Of a stretch of 64,000 nucleotides of DNA, positions 55,901 through 64,000 are shown piece by piece. The stretch lies in NCBI RefSeq assembly GCF_964355755.1, contig NC_092676.1, forward strand, positions 12,944,771 through 13,008,770, given 5' to 3'. Origin of the DNA: Antedon mediterranea. Lineage: Eukaryota > Animalia > Echinodermata. Each line of letters opens with the position of its first letter. Position 1 is the stretch's first letter. Made by a program: the position numbers and the translations under genes. The notes below the pieces were generated by a model. It had not been told where the DNA came from, did no database searches, and saw only the letters and a list, made by a program, of their open reading frames with translations.

Positions 55901-58900
55901 ATAGCTTCAAATCACATTTGAAACCGTTTTAGACCATTTTGAGCATTTCGATAAAACTTTTCACACAAAAACATCAAAGTGTACAAAATAGCTTCAAATC
56001 GCATTTGGAGACGTTTTAGACCATTTTGTGCATTTCGATGAAACTTGGTTACACAAAAACATCAAAGTGCTTAAAATCACATTTGAAACCGTTTTAGAGC
56101 ATTTTTAGCATTTCGATAATACTTTTCACACAAAAACATCAAAGTGTACAAAATAGCTTCAAATCGCATTTGGAGACGTTTTAGACCATTTTGTGCATTT
56201 CGATGAATCTTGGTTACACAAAAACATCAAAGTGCTTAAAATCACATTTGAAACCGTTTTAGACCATTTTGAGCATTTCGATAAAACTTTTCAGACAAAA
56301 AAATCAAAGTGCACAAAATAGCTTCAAATCGCATTTGGGGACGTTTTAGACTATTTTGTGCATTTCGAAAAAATTTGTTAACATAAAAAGACCAAAGTGT
56401 TTAGAATATCTCCAAATCGCATTTGGAGACGTTTTAAACCATTTTGTGCATTTCGATGGAACTTGGTTACACAAAAACATCAAAGTGCTTAAAATCACAT
56501 TTAAAACCGTTTTAGAGCATTTTTAGCATTTCGATAAAACTTTTCACACAAAAACATCAAAGTGTACAAAATAGCTTCAAATCGCATTTAGAGAGGTTTT
56601 AGACCATTTTGTGCATTTCGATAAAACTTTTCACACAAAAACATCAAAGTGTACAAAATAGCTTCAAATTGCATTTAGAGACGTTTTAGACCATTTTGTG
56701 CATTTCGATAAAACTTTTCACACAAAAACATCAAATTGCACAAAATCGTTTTAAACCATTTTAAATCGTTTTAAACCATTTTGAGCATGTCGATAAAACT
56801 TTTCACAAAAAACATCAAAGTGCACAGAATAGCTTCAAATTGAATTTGGAGACGTTTTAGAGCATTTTTTGCATTTCGATAAAATGTGTTAACATAAAAA
56901 GACCAAAGTGTTTAGAATATCTTCAAATCACATTTGGAGACATTTTAGACCATTTTTTGCATTTCGATGAAACTTGGTTACACAAAAACATCAAAGTGCT
57001 TAAAATCACATTTGAAACCGTTTTAGAGCATTTTGAGCATTTCGATAAAACTTTTCACACAAAAACATCAAAGTGTACAAAATAGCTTCAAATCGCATTT
57101 AGAGACGTTTTAGACCATTTTGTGCATTTCGAAAAAATTTGTTAACATAAAAAGACCAAAGTGTTTAGAATATCTCCAAATCGCATTTGGAGACGTTTTA
57201 GACCATTTTGTGCATTTCGATGAAACTTGGTTACACAAAAACATCAAAGTGCTTAAAATCACATTTGAAACCGTTTTAGAGCATTTTTAGCATTTCGATA
57301 ATACTTTTCACACAAAAACATCAAAGTGTACAAAATAGCTTCAAATCGCATTTGGAGACGTTTTAGACCATTTTGTGCATTTCGATGAAACTTGGTTACA
57401 CAAAAACATGAAAGTGCTTAAAATCACATTTGAAACCGTTTTAGACCATTTTGAGCATTTCGATAAAACTTTTCACACAAAAAAATCAAAGTGCACAAAA
57501 TAGCTTCAAATCGCATTTGGAGACGTTTTGGACTATTTTGTGCATTTTGAAAAAATTTGTTAACATAAAAAGACCAAAGTGTTTAGAATATCTCCAAATC
57601 GCATTTGGAGACGTTTTAAACCATTTTGTGCATTTCGATGGAACTTGGTTACACAAAAACATCAAAGTGCTTAAAATCACATTTAAAACCGTTTTAGAGC
57701 ATTTTGAGCATTTCGATAAAACTTTTCACACAAAAACATCAAATTGCACAAAATAGCTTAATACCGTGTTTGAAATCGTTTTAAACCATTTTGAGCATGT
57801 CGATAAAACTTTACACAAAAAAACATCAAAGTGCACAGAATAGCTTCAAATCGCATTTGGAGACGTTTTAAACCATTTTGTGCATTTCGATAAAACTTTT
57901 CACATAAAAACAACAAAGTGTACAAAATAGCTTCAAATCGCATTTAGAGACGTTTTAGACCATTTTGGGAATTTCGATGAAACTTGGTTACACAAATACA
58001 TAAAAATGCTTAAAATCACATTTCAAACCGTTTTAGAGCATTTTGAGCATTTCGATAAAACTTTTCACACAAAAACATCAAAGTGCACAAAATAGCTTCA
58101 AATCGCATTTAGAGATGTTTTAGACCATTTTGTGCAATTCGATAAAACTTTTCACACAAAAACATCAAATTGCACAAAATAGCTTAATATCGTGTTTGAA
58201 AACGTTTTAGACCATTTTGAGCATGTCGATAAAACTTTTCACACAAAAACATAAAAGTGAACAGAATAGCTTCAAATTGCATTTGGAGACGTTTTAGAGC
58301 ATTTTGTGCATTTCGATAAAATGTGTTAACATAAAAAGACCAAAGTGTTTAGAATATCTTCAAATCACATTTGGAGACGTACTTTAGACCATTTTTTGCA
58401 TTTCGATGAAACTTGGTTACACAAAAACATCAAAGTGCTTAAAATCACATTTAAAACCGTTTTAGAGCATTTTGAGCATTTCGATAAAACTTTTCACACA
58501 AAAACATCAAAGTGTACAAAATAGCTTCAAATCGCATTTAGAGAGGTTTTAGACCATTTTGTGCATTTCGATAAAACTTTTCACACAAAAACATCAAAGT
58601 GTACAAAATAACTTCAAATCGTATTTAGAGACGTTTTAGACCATTTTGTGCATTTTGTTAAAACTTTTCACACAAAAACATCAAATTGCACAAAATAGCT
58701 TAATATCGTGTTTGAAAACGTTTTAAACCATTTTGAGCATGTCGATAAAACTTTTCACACAAAAATATCAAAGTGCACAGAATATCTTCAAATCGCATTT
58801 AGAGACGTTTTAGACCATTTTGTGCATTTCGAAAAAATTTGTTAACATAAAAAGACCAAAGTGTTTAGAATATCTCAAAATCGCATTTGGAGACGTTTTA
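47890..58900 (+). repeat. ~11-kb block, right copy (of ~17180-28000)
   Basis: Same rare markers in the same order as the left copy, except for a substituted tract at ~52545-53900. Confidence 0.9.
51091..53900 (+). repeat. Tandem duplication, 1454-bp period
   Basis: 51091/52545, 51605/53059 and 51866/53320 differ by 1454. Confidence 0.9.
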
Positions 58901-60419
58901 GACCATTTTGTGCATTTCGATGAAACTTGGTTACACAAAAACATCAAAGTGCTTAAAATCACATTTGAAACCGTTTTAGAGCATTTTGAGCATTTCGATA
59001 AAACTTTTCACACAAAAACATCAAAGTGTACAAAATAGCTTCAAATCACATTTGCAACCGTTTTAGACCATTTTGAGCATTTCGATAAAACTTTTCACAC
59101 AAAAACATCAAAGTGTACAAAATAGCTTCAAATCGCATTTGGAGACGTTTTAGACCATTTTGTGCATTTCGATGAAACTTGGTTACACAAAAACATCAAA
59201 GTCCTTAAAATCACATTTGAAACCGTTTTAGACCATTTTGAGCATTTCGATAAAACTTTTCAGACAAAAAAAATCAAAGTGCACAAAATAGCTTCAAATC
59301 GCATTTGGAGACGTTTTAGACTATTTTGTGCATTTCGAAAAAATTTGTTAACATAAAAAGACCAAAGTGTTTAGAATATCTCCAAATCGCATTTAGAGAC
59401 GTTTTAGACCATTTTGGGCATTTCGATGGAACTTGGTTACACAAAAACATCAAAGTGCTTAAAATCACATTTGAAACCGTTATAGAGCATTTTTAGCATT
59501 TCGATAAAACTTTTCACACAAAAACATCAAAGTGTACAAAATAGCTTCAAATCACATTTGAAACCGTTTTAGACCATTTTGAGCATTTCGATAAAACTTT
59601 TCACACAAAAACATCAAAGTGTACAGAATAGCTTCAAATCGCATTTGGAGACGTTTTAGACCATTTTGTGCATTTCGATGAAACTTGGTTACACAAAAAC
59701 ATCAAAGTGCTTAAAATCACATTTGAAACCGTTTTAGAGCATTTTTAACATTTCGATAATACTTTTCACACAAAAACATCAAAGTGTACAAAATAGCTTC
59801 AAATCACATTTGAAACCGTTTTAGACCATATTGAGCATTTCGATAAAACTTTTCACACAAAAACATCAAAGTGTACAAAATAGCTTCAAATCGCATTTGG
59901 AGACGTTTTAGACCATTTTGTGCATTTCGATGAAACTTGGTTACACAAAAACATCAAAGTGCTTAAAATCACATTTGAAAGCGTTTTAGAGCATTTTTAG
60001 CATTTCGATAATACTTTTCACACAAAAACATCAAAGTGCACAAAATAGCTTCAAATCGCATTTAGAGATGTTTTAGACCATTTTGTGCATTTCGATAAAA
60101 CTTTTCACACAAAAACATCAAATTGCACAAAATAGCTTAATACCGTGTTTGAAATCATTTTAAACCATTTTGAGCATGTCGATAAAACTTTTCACACAAA
60201 AACATCAAAGTGTTTAGAATATCTCCAAATCGCATTTGGAGACGTTTTAGACCATTTTGTGCATTTCGATGGAACTTGGTTACACAAAAACATCAAAGTG
60301 CTTAAAATCACATTTAAAACCGTTTTAGAGCATTTTTAGCATTTCGATAAAACTTTTCACACAAAAACATCAAAGTGTACAAAATAGCTTCAAATCGCAT
60401 TTAGAGAGGTTTTAGACAA

Positions 60420-63030
60420 TTTTGTGCATTTCGAAAAAAATTGTTAACATAAAAAGACCAAAGTGTTTAGAATATCTCCAAATCGCATTTGGAGACGTTT
60501 TAAACCATTTTGTGCATTTCGATGGAACTTGGTTACACAAAAACATCAAAGTGCTTAAAATCACATTTAAAACCGTTTTAGAGCATTTTTAGCATTTCGA
60601 TAAAACTTTTCACACAAAAACATCAAAGTGTACAAAATAGCTTCAAATCGCATTTAGAGAGGTTTTAGACAATTTTGTGCATTTCGATAAAACTTTTCAC
60701 ACAAAAACATCAAAGTGTACAAAATAGCTTCAAATTGCATTTAGAGACGTTTTAGACCATTTTGTGCATTTCGATAAAACTTTTCACACAAAAACATCAA
60801 ATTGCACAAAATCGTTTTAAACCATTTTAAATCGTTTTAAACCATTTTGAGCATGTCGATAAAACTTTTCACAAAAAACATCAAAGTGCACAGAATAGCT
60901 TCAAATTGCATTTGGAGACGTTTTAGAGCATTTTGTGCATTTCGATAAAATGTGTTAACATAAAAAGACCAAAGTGTTTAGAATATCTTCAAATCACATT
61001 TGGAGACGTTTTAGACCATTTTTTGCATTTCGATGAAACTTGGTTACACAAAAACATCAAAGTGCTTAAAATCACATTTGAAACCGTTTTAGAGCATTTT
61101 GAGCATTTCGATAAAACTTTTCAAACAAAAACATCAAAGTGTACAAAATAGCTTCAAATCACATTTGAAACCGTTTTAGACCATTTTGAGCATTTCGATA
61201 AAACTTTTCACACAAAAACATCAAAGTGTACAAAATAGCTTCAAATCGCATTTGGAGACGTTTTAGACCATTTTGTGCATTTCGATGAAACTTGGTTACA
61301 CAAAAACATCAAAGTGCTTAAAATCACATTTGAAACCGTTTTAGAGCATTTTTAGCATTTCGATAATACTTTTCACACAAAACATCAAAGTGTACAAAAT
61401 AGCTTCAAATCGCATTTGGAGACGTTTTAGACCATTTTGTGCATTTCGATGAAACTTGGTTACACAAAAACATCAAAGTGCTTAAAATCACATTTGAAAC
61501 CGTTTTAGACCATTTTGAGCATTTCGATAAAACTTTTCACACAAAAAAATCAAAGTGCACAAAATAGCTTCAAATCGCATTTGGGGACGTTTTAGACTAT
61601 TTTGTGCATTTCGAAAAAAATTGTTAACATAAAAAGACCAAAGTGTTTAGAATATCTCCAAATCGCATTTGGAGACGTTTTAAACCATTTTGTGCATTTC
61701 GATGGAACTTGGTTACACAAAAACATCAAAGTGCTTAAAATCACATTTAAAACCGTTTTAGAGCATTTTTAGCATTTCGATAAAACTTTTCACACAAAAA
61801 CATCAAAGTGTACAAAATAGCTTCAAATCGCATTTAGAGAGGTTTTAGACAATTTTGTGCATTTCGATAAAACTTTTCACACAAAAACATCAAAGTGTAC
61901 AAAATAGCTTCAAATTGCATTTAGAGACGTTTTAGACCATTTTGTGCATTTCGATAAAACTTTTCACACAAAAACATCAAATTGCACAAAATCGTTTTAA
62001 ACCATTTTAAATCGTTTTAAACCATTTTGAGCATGTCGATAAAACTTTTCACAAAAAACATCAAAGTGCACAGAATAGCTTCAAATTGCATTTGGAGACG
62101 TTTTAGAGCATTTTGTGCATTTCGATAAAATGTGTTAACATAAAAAGACCAAAGTGTTTAGAATATCTTCAAATCACATTTGGAGACGTTTTAGACCATT
62201 TTTTGCATTTCGATGAAACTTGGTTACACAAAAACATCAAAGTGCTTAAAATCACATTTGAAACCGTTTTAGAGCATTTTGAGCATTTCGATAAAACTTT
62301 TCACACAAAAACATCAAAGTGTACAAAATAGCTTCAAATCGCATTTAGAGACGTTTTAGACCATTTTTTGCATTTCGATGAAACTTGGTTACACAAAAAC
62401 ATCAAAGTGCTTAAAATCACATTTAAAACCGTTTTAGAGCATTTTTAGCATTTCGATAAAACTTTTCACACAAAAACATCAAAGTGTACAAAATAGCTTC
62501 AAATCGCATTTAGAGAGGTTTTAGACAATTTTGTGCATTTCGATAAAACTTTTCACACAAAAACATCAAAGTGTACAAAATAGCTTCAAATTGCATTTAG
62601 AGACGTTTTAGACCATTTTGTGCATTTCGATAAAACTTTTCACACAAAAACATCAAATTGCACAAAATCGTTTTAAACCATTTTAAATCGTTTTAAACCA
62701 TTTTGAGCATTTCGATAAAACTTTTCACAAAAAACATCAAAGTGCACAGAATAGCTTCAAATTGCATTTGGAGACGTTTTAGAGCATTTTGTGCATTTCG
62801 ATAAAATGTGTTAACATAAAAAGACCAAAGTGTTTAGAATATCTTCAAATCACATTTGGTGACGTTTTAGACCATTTTTTGCATTTCGATGAAACTTGGT
62901 TACACAAAAACATCAAAGTGCTTAAAATCACATTTGAAACCGTTTTAGAGCATTTTGAGCATTTCGATAAAACTTTTCACACAAAAACATCAAAGTGTAC
63001 AAAATAGCTTCAAATCGCATTTAGAGACGT
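60420..63030 (+). repeat. Local triplication of a block carrying gacaattttg, the 20-bp micro-duplication and gataaaatgtgttaac (offsets 1180 and 676 bp)
   Basis: ORF starts at 60933, 62113 and 62789. Micro-duplication starts at 60809, 61989 and 62665. Confidence 0.87.
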
Positions 63031-64000
63031 TTTAGACCATTTTGTGCATTTCGAAAAAATTTGTTAACATAAAAAGACCAAAGTGTTTAGAATATCTCCA
63101 AATCGCATTTGGAGACGTTTTAGACCATTTTGTGTTTTTCGAAAAAACTTTTCACACAAAAACATCAAAGTGTACAAAATTGCTTCAAATCGCATTTGGA
63201 GACGTTTTAGACCATTTTGTGATTTTCGAAAAACTTTTCACACAAAAACATCAAAGTGTAGAAAATTGCTTCAAATCGCAAAAAAAATGTTTTGAGAGAT
63301 GTTTTAAAACAATTTTGTGCATTTCGAAAAAATTTGTTAACATAAAAAGACCAAAGTGTTTAGAATATCTCCAAATCGCATTTGGAGACGTTTTAGACCA
63401 TTTTGTGCATTTCGATGACACTTGGTTACACAAAAACATCAAAGTGCTTAAAATCACATTTAAAACCGTTTTAGAGCATTTTTAGCATTTCGATAATACT
63501 TTTCACACAAAAACATCAAAGTTTTTTCATTTGGAGACGTTTTAGACCATTTTGTGCATTTCGATGAAACTTGGTTACACAAAAACATCAAAGTGCTTAA
63601 AATCACATTTGAAACCGTTTTAGACCATTTTGAGCGTTTCGATAAAACTTTTCACACAAATAAATCAGAGTGCACAAAATAGCTTCAAATCGCATTTGGA
63701 GACGTTTTAGACTATTTTGTGCATTTCGAAAAAATTTGTTAACATAAAATGACCAAAGTGTTTAGAATATCTCCAAATCGCATTTGGAGTCGTTTTAAAC
63801 CATTTTGTGCATTTCGATGGAACTTGGTTACACAAAAACATCAAAGTGCTTAAAATCACATTTAAAACCGTTTTAGAGCATTTTGAGCATTTCGATAAAA
63901 CTTTTCACACAAAAACATCAAAGTGTACAAAATAGCTTCAAATCGCATTTAGAGACGTTTTAGACCATTTTGTGCATTTTGATAAAACTTTTCACACAAA

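Larger units (their letters stand above)
1..64000. repeat. Tandem satellite DNA array, ~87-bp monomer family (86/87/88/78-bp classes), head-to-tail, running off both window ends
   Basis: The motifs gttttagaccattttg, gcatttcga and acacaaaaacatcaaa recur every 78-88 bp from base 1 to 64000. Spacings between equivalent ORF starts decompose into monomer lengths: 918->1267 = 349 = 88+3x87, 491->918 = 427 = 88+78+3x87, and 20807->21068 = 261 = 88+87+86. Confidence 0.99.

Noticed and set aside
491-63485. About 100 short ORFs (60-163 aa, e.g. MCISKKFVNIKRPK...) on both strands, including apparent 29-aa repeat proteins
   Set aside because: They are translations of the satellite, since 87 and 78 are multiples of 3. 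Most plus-strand starts are TTG or GTG inside the repeat, stops and frameshifts vary freely between copies, and I see no recognisable domain or gene context.
1-64000. CRISPR-like array (conserved palindromic segments alternating with variable segments)
   Set aside because: The variable parts are homologous alleles of one monomer that recur many times, not unique spacers. There is no leader and no cas gene.
1-64000. Transposon, MITE or retroelement insertion, or a strand inversion
   Set aside because: I saw no non-satellite stretch longer than ~15 bp, no target-site duplications flanking foreign sequence and no reverse-oriented monomers. A transposon origin of the monomer itself cannot be tested here.
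1-64000. Tandem tRNA, 5S or snRNA gene cluster suggested by the ~80-90-bp unit with hairpins
   Set aside because: There is no cloverleaf, no T-loop GTTCGA context and no recognisable Pol III box A/B pair. Frequent internal T4 runs would terminate Pol III.
1-64000. Assignment to a named satellite family or species, or a firm call of functional centromere
   Set aside because: I do not recognise the monomer with confidence. A BLAST/Dfam/Repbase search and CENP-A/CENH3 data are needed.

Overview
The whole 64-kb window is one uninterrupted, single-orientation, AT-rich tandem satellite array. It holds roughly 750 monomers (estimated from 64 kb / ~85 bp) and looks like eukaryotic centromeric or pericentromeric heterochromatin. 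I cannot name the organism or family. The basic monomer is 87 bp (aaatagcttcaaatcgcattt[a/g]gagacgttttagaccattttgtgcatttcgataaaacttttcacacaaaaacatcaaagtgtaca). Recurrent length classes are 88 bp (cgaaaaaatttgttaacataaaaagacc), 78 bp (gatgaaacttggttacac...gtgcttaaaatcac) and 86 bp. There is no fixed higher-order repeat. Instead the array is a mosaic of duplicated blocks at offsets from 87 bp to ~49 kb, the largest an ~11-kb block repeated ~30.8 kb downstream. I find no credible protein-coding gene, RNA gene, transposon or CRISPR array, and all ORFs are translations of the satellite. The most interesting signals are two dyads built into the monomer whose variants appear to co-vary, ~10-bp phased A/T tracts with a 10-bp deletion class, a diverged island near 30.3-31.0 kb that may keep the pre-deletion state, repair-like junction scars that mark lineages, and a CpG-decay mutation pattern. 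All comparisons were made by eye and with offsets from the ORF track, so block boundaries are approximate.
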